From positions 1 through 37,576 of IMG/VR virus record IMGVR_UViG_3300027571_000033: a stretch of 37,576 nucleotides of DNA; one strand, written 5' to 3'. The stretch's first letter is position 1. Every line of letters begins with the position of its first letter. This DNA comes from a virus. Lineage: Duplodnaviria > Caudoviricetes. Below the pieces are notes generated by a model, which was given only the letters and a program-made list of their open reading frames with translations, was not told the DNA's origin and did no database searches. The position numbers and the translations under genes are program-made. Below are positions 8,360-18,000 of this stretch, in pieces.

Positions 8360-8746
8360 ATGGCAATACATAACGTAGAAATTGGTAGCGATCATGATGG
8401 AAACGGGCGTACTAGCCTATTACCAAATAGTAACCCAAGCGGAGCAGCAGACTACCGCGTTCCAGTAGGAAAAAAATGGGCCATTACTACAATACTATTT
8501 TGTAATACAGGAATAGCAGATCCTGACACACCAAATAGTGATTTAACATTTTTAAGTTTACACTTTGTAAAAGGTGGAGATCCAGCAGGAGATAAAAACT
8601 TAGTTCTTAACGCTATTCCTATACCAGGTGGCGAAACATTTACGTTTGATACTGAAAAGATAATTTTAGAAGAAAACGATTTAGTATATGCACTTACTAC
8701 ATCACCAGAAGTAATTAGTGCAACAATTAGTTATTTGGAAGTGTAA
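8360..8746 (+). CDS. Small beta-rich structural protein, putative adaptor family copy 1
   Basis: YRVP...AITTILFCN...IPGGETF...EKIILE...ISYLEV matches 20690..21019 and 35392..35712. Confidence 0.6.
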   Translation: MAIHNVEIGSDHDGNGRTSLLPNSNPSGAADYRVPVGKKWAITTILFCNTGIADPDTPNSDLTFLSLHFVKGGDPAGDKNLVLNAIPIPGGETFTFDTEKIILEENDLVYALTTSPEVISATISYLEV

Positions 8747-9270
8747 TGAGATACATTCGTAGGCAAAGCACAAATACAAGAGGACTTGTAGGCAAAGGAG
8801 TTAACTACACTGTAGATGACGAAGTTCGTCTTGACAGTGCTAATGCTGTACTAGTACCAAAAGGCTCTACAGCAGAACGTCCTACATATCCAAACAACGG
8901 ACACTTTCGTTATAATACAGACACAAATAGATTTGAACAATACGAAGACAATGCTTGGCGTAATATTAGATATTCAGAACCATCACGTACTGGAATAAAA
9001 GTACAAACTCTTGGTATTGGTGATGCTTCAGAAGATATGTTTGGTGTACTAGATAGCGGAGATGTAAACTTTCCTGTTCCAGTAGCACCACAAAATATTT
9101 TAGTATTTGTTGAAAACGTTTTCCAACTTCCAGCTAATGAACACGGTGTTGGCGGAAACTATGATATTGTACAAAATCCAGCAGGTAAACCAGCAGGGTG
9201 GTATGTAGCATTTAGTGAAGCACCGCCAGTAGGTAAACCTGTAACAGTTATCCATAACTTCGACAAATAG
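8746..9270 (+). CDS. Structural protein (174 aa) with P.G.TAERP...RYNT motif and C-terminal beta domain
   Basis: VPKGSTAERP...GHFRYNTDTNRFEQY and ILVFVENVFQLP...F.EAPP.G..VTV; start overlaps the previous stop. Confidence 0.65.
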   Translation: MRYIRRQSTNTRGLVGKGVNYTVDDEVRLDSANAVLVPKGSTAERPTYPNNGHFRYNTDTNRFEQYEDNAWRNIRYSEPSRTGIKVQTLGIGDASEDMFGVLDSGDVNFPVPVAPQNILVFVENVFQLPANEHGVGGNYDIVQNPAGKPAGWYVAFSEAPPVGKPVTVIHNFDK

Positions 9271-9277
9271 CTTTTCC

Positions 9278-9285
9278 GCTAAATA
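9278..9285 (+). promoter_or_regulatory. Late promoter-like box (GCTAAATA)
   Basis: TAAATAC box in the 40-bp gap before the 1852-aa gene. Confidence 0.55.
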
Positions 9286-9310
9286 CTGTATATAAGGAAC
9301 TAATTGCAGT

Positions 9311-12300
9311 ATGGCACAACTCGGTAGAATTTCAGGACCAATATTAAAGGACAACCTTTTACGTGAAGGTGTGGATATTGCTTTTGAAACAGACTTACTT
9401 TATATTGATGTAAACAATGATAAGATCGGTATTAGAAATAATACTCCAGGGTCTGATCTTCATTCCCCTAACATACGAACAACTAATATAATCGTTGATA
9501 CCCTTGCTCAAATAGATGATATAACAATACAACCGGCGGGTAATATAACACCATCATTTGGCGACATAAATTTTAATCCGACACGAAGTGTTGTTGTTCC
9601 AGGAACACTAAAGACAGTAGATGTTAAGATATCTAATAATTATATAGCTACTAACGGAACTAATCAAAACTTAGAACTTCGTACTAATGGTGTCGGAACT
9701 GTTGAAACAAATGGTTTATTAGTAAATGCTAATTTACATGCAACTGGGGATATTACAGCAGACGGAAATATTACATTAGGTAGTGACGATACTGATAACA
9801 TAGCATTCAATGCAGACATTATTAGTAATATTATTCCAGACCAGAACGAGACATTTAATTTAGGCCAAAGTAACAAACGATGGAATAACATATATACTAA
9901 ATTAGTTAACGGCGAAGAAGTTGGCGTAAGCGGAGCATTGATTGCAGGTGTTAATCCAACTTTAGATGTAGGTAATAGTTACTATGTTACTAAAAACGGT
10001 GACGATTCAAATGCTGGTATACACACATACGAAGCATTTTTAACTCTTAAATATGCTTGTTCTCAAGCAACAGCAGGCGATACTATTATTGTGTTTGCTG
10101 GTGAATACGAAGAAGCATTTCCAATAGAAGTTCCTGCAGGTGTTACTATTAAAGGTAACGATTTTAGAAATACAATTATTAAACCCACTGTAGCAACTAA
10201 TAATAATGACTGCTTTTTATTAAATGGTGAAGCAACAGTTATACACCTTACAATTAAAGACTTTTATTACGATAGCGTTAACGACGAAGGGTATGCATTT
10301 AGATTTGCTAATAATGCAACTATTACTTCAAGAAGTCCGTACATACAAGACATCACAGTAATTACAAAAGGTAGTGTTACAAGTGCAAGCGATCCTAGAG
10401 GATTTACTCAAGGAGACGCAGGTAAAGGTGTTCTAGTAGATGGAGCAAGTGTATTAAACACAAGTCAAGAAGCAAGCATGTTGTTCCATAGTTGTACATT
10501 TATTACGCCAGGTGTTGATGCACTTACTATAACCAATGGCGTTAGGGTTGAATGGTTAAACTCGTTTACATATTTTGCAAACAGAGGATTATATGCTGTC
10601 AACGGAAGTACAGGACATTTAAGTACAGACGGAAGTACAGTTAAATTTGGTGGCGAAATACGTTCAATTGGATCAGCAAACGTATACGGTAACTTTGGTG
10701 CTGTGTCTGACGGTGCTGATTGTTTAATGTACTTAATACAACATAACTTTGGATATATAGGTGCAGGCAAAGATGTTACTAATGACACAGGACTTGCTCT
10801 ACAAGCACAAGAAGTTACAGAACTAAATTCAGGAAAAATATATTATAGCTCAACTGATCAGTTAGGCAACTTTAGAATAGGCGATTCGTTTTTTGTAGAT
10901 TTTGAAAACGGAAATACTACAGTTGATTTAGATAGTTTAACAGCAAACGCATTACGAGGGTTAACTGTTACAACAAACGACGAATCAACAATATTAGCAG
11001 GAACATCAATTAGTACTGGCAATTTAAGATTTTTAGGAAATGATATTATTTCATTCCAGGGCGCAATTAATATTGATTCACAATCAGGTGCTATTAATTT
11101 AACTGGAAATACGTTAGTTGATGAAGATTTAGATGTTACTGGTAATCTAAGTTTTGGAGGGGCATTAAATGTTTTAGGTAACGAAGGCAATGACACATTA
11201 GATCTTAATGTAGACTTTGATCAAGACTTTAACCCACACACTACTGGAAACTTTGATTTAGGTAAATCAAACAAACTTTGGAACACTGTATTTTCGTCAA
11301 AAGCTGATATCCAAAATATTACAATACAAGATAACTTTATTACTACAGTTGATTCAAACACCGCCTTAGAGCTACGAGCAAGCGGCACAGGCAACGTTTT
11401 AGTTAGTGGTAACAATGTACAAGTAAACAACGATCTTGCTGTTAGCGGGCTTACAACGCTGTCTAACACGGGGATTACAGGCACATTAACACATATAGGA
11501 AATTATGTACAAACAGGCGATGCTTCGGTTACTAACTCAACAGTAACAGGGCATATTGATGTAAGTGAATCAGCACAATTTGAAGAAATATTAATTGATG
11601 ATAACTTCATTACAACTACTACATCAAACACTGATTTAGAACTACGTGCAAATGGCACAGGCGAAGTACTAATACCAAATAACAATGTTACTATAACTAA
11701 TAACTTAACTGTAACTAATGATATTAATAATACTGGCGATGTTGATGTAACTACTACTACTGAATTTAATACTGCCATTGTTGATGACATTACTATAGTT
11801 GGTAATGAAATTAAAACTAATAACGGAAATAGAAATTTAGAATTCCGTGCTGCTGGCAGCAACTCAAACTATAAAGTACGTCTACTTGACGATGTTGAAA
11901 TGGGCCAAGCATTAACGGTTGACACATTATTAGATGTAAACAATATAACTGTTAACGGAACTATTACACATACTGGCAACAGAACTCAAACAGGAAATTA
12001 TACATTATCAGGAGAACTACTTACTCCTGAAATACGTATTGAAGATAACTTTATTACAACTACTAATTCAAATGCAGATCTTGAATTAAGAACACATTCA
12101 GGCAACATTACAGTAACAGGTAATGATGTAGTAATTACAAACAACCTAACTGTTAGTACAGACACTGACATTGATGATGTTACATTAACAGGCTTATTAA
12201 CTGTAAACAGTCCTTATAATCAAACTGGAACTACAGCGATTTCAGGACAAGTAGCACTTAACAATACAATATTATTAGATTCTAATATAGTATCAGTTAC

Positions 12301-14869
12301 AGCAACAGATACTGATTTAGATCTACGTGCAAATGGCACAGGTGAAGTAACAATGCCATTTAACGATGTTGAATTTAGACAAGATTTAACAGTAAATGGT
12401 ACAACAACACTTAACGGCTCATATGTTATAAACGGTGAAATGACCCATATTGGTGATATTAACCAACAAGGTAATTTCTATCTTAGCGGCGAACTTATTA
12501 GTGACGAATTAAAAATTGAAGACAACTTCATTACAACTGTTACATCAAATAGTGATTTAGAACTACGTGCAAGCGGCTCTGGTAATGTTACTATACAAAG
12601 TAACGATGTAACACTTGCTCAAGACTTAACTGTTTCTGCATTAACAACTTTACAAGCAACTGATATAACCGGACTACTTACTCAAACAGGTAATAGAAAC
12701 CAAACAGGAAACTATTCTTTATTGGGAGAATTTAACGGTCCTGAAATTTTAATCGAAGACAACTTTATTACAACTACAACAGGTAATACAGACTTAGAAT
12801 TAAGATCAGCTTCCAGTCCAATTACATTTAATGACAATTTACAGATACCAAACAATTTAACTATTAACGGAACTAGTACATTAGAAAATACTAATATTGA
12901 CGGATTGCTTACTCTTAACGGAACATGGAATCAAACAGGTACTAGTAATATTACTGGTAATGTAGATATTGATGATTTTAGAATAAGCGGATCAACTATT
13001 GAAACAACAACTTCGTCGGCAGACTTAGAACTGTTAGCAAACGGATCTGGGCTAGTTAAATTTGGTATTAATGATGTTGACTTTGATCAAGATTTAACAG
13101 TTAACGGAACAACAACAATAGGATTGTTCCCTACATTTTCATATGTAGATGTTAATGGTCTATTAACCCATGTCGGAAACACTACGCAAACTGGTAACAA
13201 ACAAGTAACAGGTAATGTTACAGTAACACAAGACTTAGATGTAAGTTCACAAGCACAATTTGAAGAAGTACTAGTTGCTGGTAATGTGATAGCAACTACT
13301 ACAACAAATAGTGATTTAGAGCTACGTGCAAATGGCACTGGTGATGTTATTTCTCAAAATCAAATTACAGTTAGTAATGATGTAAGTGTTGCAAGCATTA
13401 CAACCGGTGATATAAATGTTACACAAGATATTAATTTAGATGATATTGTTGTAAACAGTAATAATATACAAATTAACGACAACTATATTGAAACCACAAT
13501 ATCAAATAGTGATCTAGAATTACGTGCTACAGGTAAAATCAATATCCAAGAAAATATTACCTTAGGACAAAACTTAACCGTAACTGGGGTTACTGATTTA
13601 CAAGATACTAATATTACTGGGTTGTTAACACGTATCGGTAATACAAATCAAACAGGCAATGCTGTTATTAACGGCAATGTAACTGTATCATCAGATTTAG
13701 AAATTAATGCTAAAGTTGCATTTGAAGAAATTGTTATAGATGATAATATTATTACAACTACATCTAGTAATGCTGATTTAGAACTTAGATCAGCAGGAAC
13801 AGGCAGTATTATTGTTCCTAACAATAATGTTGATATATCAAATAATTTAATAACTAACACGTTAAATTCTAAAGGAATTAATATCAACAATACGTTTGCT
13901 TTAGAAAATATGGTTAGTAGTACTGATATTGATATTTTTGATAATGTTATTACTACTACTAATTCAAATAGTAATTTAGAACTACGTGCAAGCGGCGCAG
14001 GCTTGGTATATCTACAAGAGTTAGGATTTAATAATAACATTATTGCATCGGTATCTAGTATTAAATTACAAGCCCCTAATGTAATTATTAATAGTACAGG
14101 ATCTTTACAAATTCCTGTAGGCAACGAATCTGAAATATTACTTGCATCGGCAGGATCAATAGATGGTGGTACAGCTTCGATAACAGGAGCAATAATATCA
14201 GGTGGTAATGCATCAACAGTGTTTACAGTAAATGATGTAGTTTATAATTCAGCTGGTGCAGCATCGGGCGGAAGTAACTTAGGAAACCCCGGCACATTTA
14301 GATATAATACAACTGATAACGTATATGAAGGTTTTGATGCATCAGTGATATCATTTGGTCAAGTAGCATCTGATGATAGAAATACTAAAGTAAGTATACA
14401 TCCTACAACAAACATAATAACATTTACAGCCAATACTGCATCTGTCGGTACTATTGATTCTACTGGATTACATGTTGATGAAATTCAAGTTGATGATATT
14501 AATATTCAAAGTAATACTATTTCAACTAATAATACAAACGCCGATCTTGACTTAGTAGCAAACGGAACCGGAAATGTAAGATTAGAAAATATAGATATTG
14601 ATTTTGGAGTATTAGATATAGATGTAATCGGTGGCACTGGAACGCATACTGTAATATTTCCAGGCAATCGAGCTGTTAAATTTCCGTCAGGAACAACAGC
14701 AGAACGTCCAGCAAGCCCATTATTAGGTCAGACAAGACATAACAGTACACTCAATGAATTAGAAACTTGGATTGGTACTAAATGGCAAAACTCTGCAGGT
14801 GAGTTTGATGCTATATCAGCGCAAGAGATGGAAGACGAAGCTCTCGTACAGACTCTAATCTACGGCTAA
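9311..14869 (+). CDS. Giant fibre protein A1 (1852 aa): beta-helix domain plus repetitive beta shaft
   Basis: YYVTKNGDDSNAG...FLTLKYA...AGDTIIV.AGEYEE beta-helix start; 14 DLELRANGTG-like units; C-terminal FPSGTTAERP motif. Confidence 0.8.
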   Translation: MAQLGRISGPILKDNLLREGVDIAFETDLLYIDVNNDKIGIRNNTPGSDLHSPNIRTTNIIVDTLAQIDDITIQPAGNITPSFGDINFNPTRSVVVPGTLKTVDVKISNNYIATNGTNQNLELRTNGVGTVETNGLLVNANLHATGDITADGNITLGSDDTDNIAFNADIISNIIPDQNETFNLGQSNKRWNNIYTKLVNGEEVGVSGALIAGVNPTLDVGNSYYVTKNGDDSNAGIHTYEAFLTLKYACSQATAGDTIIVFAGEYEEAFPIEVPAGVTIKGNDFRNTIIKPTVATNNNDCFLLNGEATVIHLTIKDFYYDSVNDEGYAFRFANNATITSRSPYIQDITVITKGSVTSASDPRGFTQGDAGKGVLVDGASVLNTSQEASMLFHSCTFITPGVDALTITNGVRVEWLNSFTYFANRGLYAVNGSTGHLSTDGSTVKFGGEIRSIGSANVYGNFGAVSDGADCLMYLIQHNFGYIGAGKDVTNDTGLALQAQEVTELNSGKIYYSSTDQLGNFRIGDSFFVDFENGNTTVDLDSLTANALRGLTVTTNDESTILAGTSISTGNLRFLGNDIISFQGAINIDSQSGAINLTGNTLVDEDLDVTGNLSFGGALNVLGNEGNDTLDLNVDFDQDFNPHTTGNFDLGKSNKLWNTVFSSKADIQNITIQDNFITTVDSNTALELRASGTGNVLVSGNNVQVNNDLAVSGLTTLSNTGITGTLTHIGNYVQTGDASVTNSTVTGHIDVSESAQFEEILIDDNFITTTTSNTDLELRANGTGEVLIPNNNVTITNNLTVTNDINNTGDVDVTTTTEFNTAIVDDITIVGNEIKTNNGNRNLEFRAAGSNSNYKVRLLDDVEMGQALTVDTLLDVNNITVNGTITHTGNRTQTGNYTLSGELLTPEIRIEDNFITTTNSNADLELRTHSGNITVTGNDVVITNNLTVSTDTDIDDVTLTGLLTVNSPYNQTGTTAISGQVALNNTILLDSNIVSVTATDTDLDLRANGTGEVTMPFNDVEFRQDLTVNGTTTLNGSYVINGEMTHIGDINQQGNFYLSGELISDELKIEDNFITTVTSNSDLELRASGSGNVTIQSNDVTLAQDLTVSALTTLQATDITGLLTQTGNRNQTGNYSLLGEFNGPEILIEDNFITTTTGNTDLELRSASSPITFNDNLQIPNNLTINGTSTLENTNIDGLLTLNGTWNQTGTSNITGNVDIDDFRISGSTIETTTSSADLELLANGSGLVKFGINDVDFDQDLTVNGTTTIGLFPTFSYVDVNGLLTHVGNTTQTGNKQVTGNVTVTQDLDVSSQAQFEEVLVAGNVIATTTTNSDLELRANGTGDVISQNQITVSNDVSVASITTGDINVTQDINLDDIVVNSNNIQINDNYIETTISNSDLELRATGKINIQENITLGQNLTVTGVTDLQDTNITGLLTRIGNTNQTGNAVINGNVTVSSDLEINAKVAFEEIVIDDNIITTTSSNADLELRSAGTGSIIVPNNNVDISNNLITNTLNSKGININNTFALENMVSSTDIDIFDNVITTTNSNSNLELRASGAGLVYLQELGFNNNIIASVSSIKLQAPNVIINSTGSLQIPVGNESEILLASAGSIDGGTASITGAIISGGNASTVFTVNDVVYNSAGAASGGSNLGNPGTFRYNTTDNVYEGFDASVISFGQVASDDRNTKVSIHPTTNIITFTANTASVGTIDSTGLHVDEIQVDDINIQSNTISTNNTNADLDLVANGTGNVRLENIDIDFGVLDIDVIGGTGTHTVIFPGNRAVKFPSGTTAERPASPLLGQTRHNSTLNELETWIGTKWQNSAGEFDAISAQEMEDEALVQTLIYG
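11320..14010 (+). repeat. Coding repeat array (IDDNFITTTTSNxDLELRAxGTG-anchored units, about 65-98 aa)
   Basis: Twelve consecutive anchors visible in the translation; DNA copies differ mostly at synonymous sites. Boundaries approximate. Confidence 0.85.
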
Positions 14870-14891
14870 CAATCCCCTTTTAACCTTAATT

Positions 14892-14899
14892 GATAAATA
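14892..14899 (+). promoter_or_regulatory. Late promoter-like box (GATAAATA-CTATT)
   Basis: Same ATAAATACTATTA sequence as the 312 promoter; intergenic. Confidence 0.65.
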
Positions 14900-14904
14900 C
14901 TATT

Positions 14905-15003
14905 AATGCAAGTACAGCGACCATTGTACTGCAGGAACAAACTGTGGTTAACCAGCAAAGAGTCATAAGACTGAAAATTAGGCTAGAGGGACAGGATCCC
15001 CGT
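14905..15003 (+). ncRNA. Candidate structured 5' leader RNA of fibre A2
   Basis: Hairpin 14907-14933 (AGTACA/TGTACT extended by TGC/GCA), AGTC-ATAA-GACT hairpin 14961-14972, and possible loop pairing to TGGTT 14945-14949. Confidence 0.45.
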
Positions 15004-15016
15004 TAAAGGAGAAAAG

Positions 15017-18000
15017 ATGGCTGTAGGTCGCATATCGGGTCCGCTTTTGAAGTCCAATCTCATACGTAATGGTGTGGATTTGGCCTTTGAGACAGACTTA
15101 TTATATCTAGATGTAAATAATCAGCGTATTGGTGTAAGAACTGCGTCACCAACCCACGATCTCACTGTTAACGGGACAACAAGAACAACAAACCTAATAG
15201 TTGATACATTGGCTACAATTGGCAATGTAAGTATTAGCGGACAAACTATCGAAACAGACGGTGATTTAAATCTAGTCACTGTTGGAACAGATAGTGTTGT
15301 ATATCAAACACGTTTAGAAGTAAATGGTGTAGGTATTGATAACAACACTATTAGCACACTCAATTCAAATGCAAATTTAGAACTTCGTCCAAACGGATCA
15401 GGCACAGTTGAAATATTTGCTGATACAAATGTTACTGGAAATATACACGCAACTGGAAATATCTCAGCAGACGGTGATATAGTTTTAGGTAATGCTGACA
15501 CAGATAGCATTAATTTTAATGCAGACGTAAACAGTAATATTATTCCAGACCAAACTGATTTTTATGACTTAGGATCTGATACTAAGCGTTGGAACGATGT
15601 TAAAGTTAAAAACATTGTTGCTGATACTGTTGATACAGGCGACTTAATAATTAATGGTGTTGATTTAAGTGTTAGACCTGGAAACACTTATTTTGTTTCA
15701 ACTAATGGTAGTAACACAGCAACTGGCACACATCAACAAGATCCGTTTTTAACACTAGACCATGCTGTAACTGTAGCAACAGCAGGCGATACTATCCATA
15801 TATACCCAGGAACGTATGAAGAAACATTTCCTATAACAGTTCCTGCAGGTGTAACAATCAAAGGCGAAAACATTCGCTCAGTATTTTTACATCCACCAAG
15901 TTCAAATAATTCGCAAGACTGTTTTTTATTAAACGGTGAAACTACAATACAAGATTTAACAATCGGTAATTTCTATTACGATTCTGGTAACAATACAGGA
16001 CATGCATTTAGATTTGCTCCAAATATGAATGTTACTTCAAGAAGTCCTTACATTAAAAACATAACAGTAATAACCAAAGGTTCAGTAACTACAACAGAAG
16101 ATCCAAGAGGATTTAATGAAGGCGATGCAGGACGTGGCGGCTACTTTGATGGCGCTGCAGCAAACGCTAATTCAAAAGAAGCAAGTATCTTATTTCACTC
16201 AGCAACATTTATTACTCCGGGAGTTGATGCAATATCAGCAACTAATGGTACTAGAATGGAATGGTTAAACTCATTTACATACTTTGCTAACCGTTCAGTT
16301 TATGCATTTGATAGTAACCAAGGTTTATATAATGACGGTAAAACACGAGTACGCTTAGGAGGAATAAGCGGAACGTTTGCGGCAGGTAACACAGTTACAT
16401 TTACATCAACTGATAACTCAAGTATAGCAAACGCAACTATTGAAAGTATTGAAGGCGATACAATTGTAGTTGATGGTAAATTTACTGGACTACAGGATTT
16501 TGATACAACACCTGCAAGTATTACAAACGGATCAGGCGCAACAGCAACAAGTATTGAAAATTATGATCTAAAAGACTTTGGCGCAGAAATACGTATGATC
16601 GGTAGTGCTAGTGTTTACGGCAACTACGGATTGTACGGAGATGGACCAGGTGTTATTGTTTATGCTATTGGTCATAATTTAGCATATATTGGTAACGGTA
16701 AAGAAGTTACTAATGATCCTGGAACAGTAATACAAGATAACGAAGTTACAGAACTTAACGATGCTAAAATTAGATACAACTCAGTTGACCATGAAGGTGA
16801 CTTTAGAGTTGGTGATTTGTTCTTTGTTGATCAGCAAACAGGTACAGTAGACTTTACAGTTTCAGACTTTACTATTAACACTACTAATGGCGTTTCGTTT
16901 ATAGATGGCGGCGGCACTACTTTTGTTGATGGAACTAAAATTGAAACAGGTAATTTTAGACTTAGTGGAAACACTATAGAATCATTAACTGGCGCAGTTA
17001 ACTTAACAGCAAGTAACAATCAAATTAATTTAAATGACAATGTTAGTATTACTGGTAACTTAGATGTAACTGGCAATGTTACTATTGGCGGAAATATTAC
17101 TATTGGTGATGATGCAAATGACACTATTCAAATTGTTGCAGGTATTGATAGTGACATTGTTCCTAGTGCAACCAGCACATATAATTTAGGTACAGACTTA
17201 AAACGTTGGAACAACATAAACGTTAATAGAGCCGTTATTGACGATATCACAATTGAAACAAACTTCATTACAACTACAAATAGTAATGCAGATTTAGAAT
17301 TACGAGCAAGTGGTACAGGCGAAATATTAGTACCAGACAATAACGTACAGATTGATAATAACTTAACTGTTGACGGAACTACTACACTACAAGATACAAA
17401 CATTACTGGTACACTTACCCATGTTGGTAACTTAACACATACTGGTGATTCAAGTGTTGATGGTAATCTAACTGTAACAGGAAAACTAGATGTAACACAG
17501 TACGCACAGTTTGAAGAAATACTAATCGACGATAACTTTATCACAACTACAACTAGTAACGCAAACTTAGAACTACGTGCAAACGGAACTGGCGAAGTAA
17601 TAGTACCAAGTGCTAATGTTACAATTACAAATGACTTAACCGTTGATAACGATATTGATGCCAATAATTTAACTACTACAGGAACAGTTACTGCAGGCGC
17701 ATTTACTACTGGTCAAATAAATATTAGTAACTATGTTGTTCAAACTGTAAGTAGTAATGATTTAGAATTAAGTGCTAATGGATCTGGAGTAATTAAAGTT
17801 GCTTACAATGATGTTGATATCACAGGCACACTTGATGTTACTGGATTAACAACTACATCAGACTTAACTATAAACGGAACGCTAACACATACCGGTAATG
17901 TTTCCCATACAGGCAACTACGATATTACCGGAACTTGGACTAACCAAGAGATAAGAATTATTGGCAATGTAGTTGAAACAACTACTACAAATACAGATTT

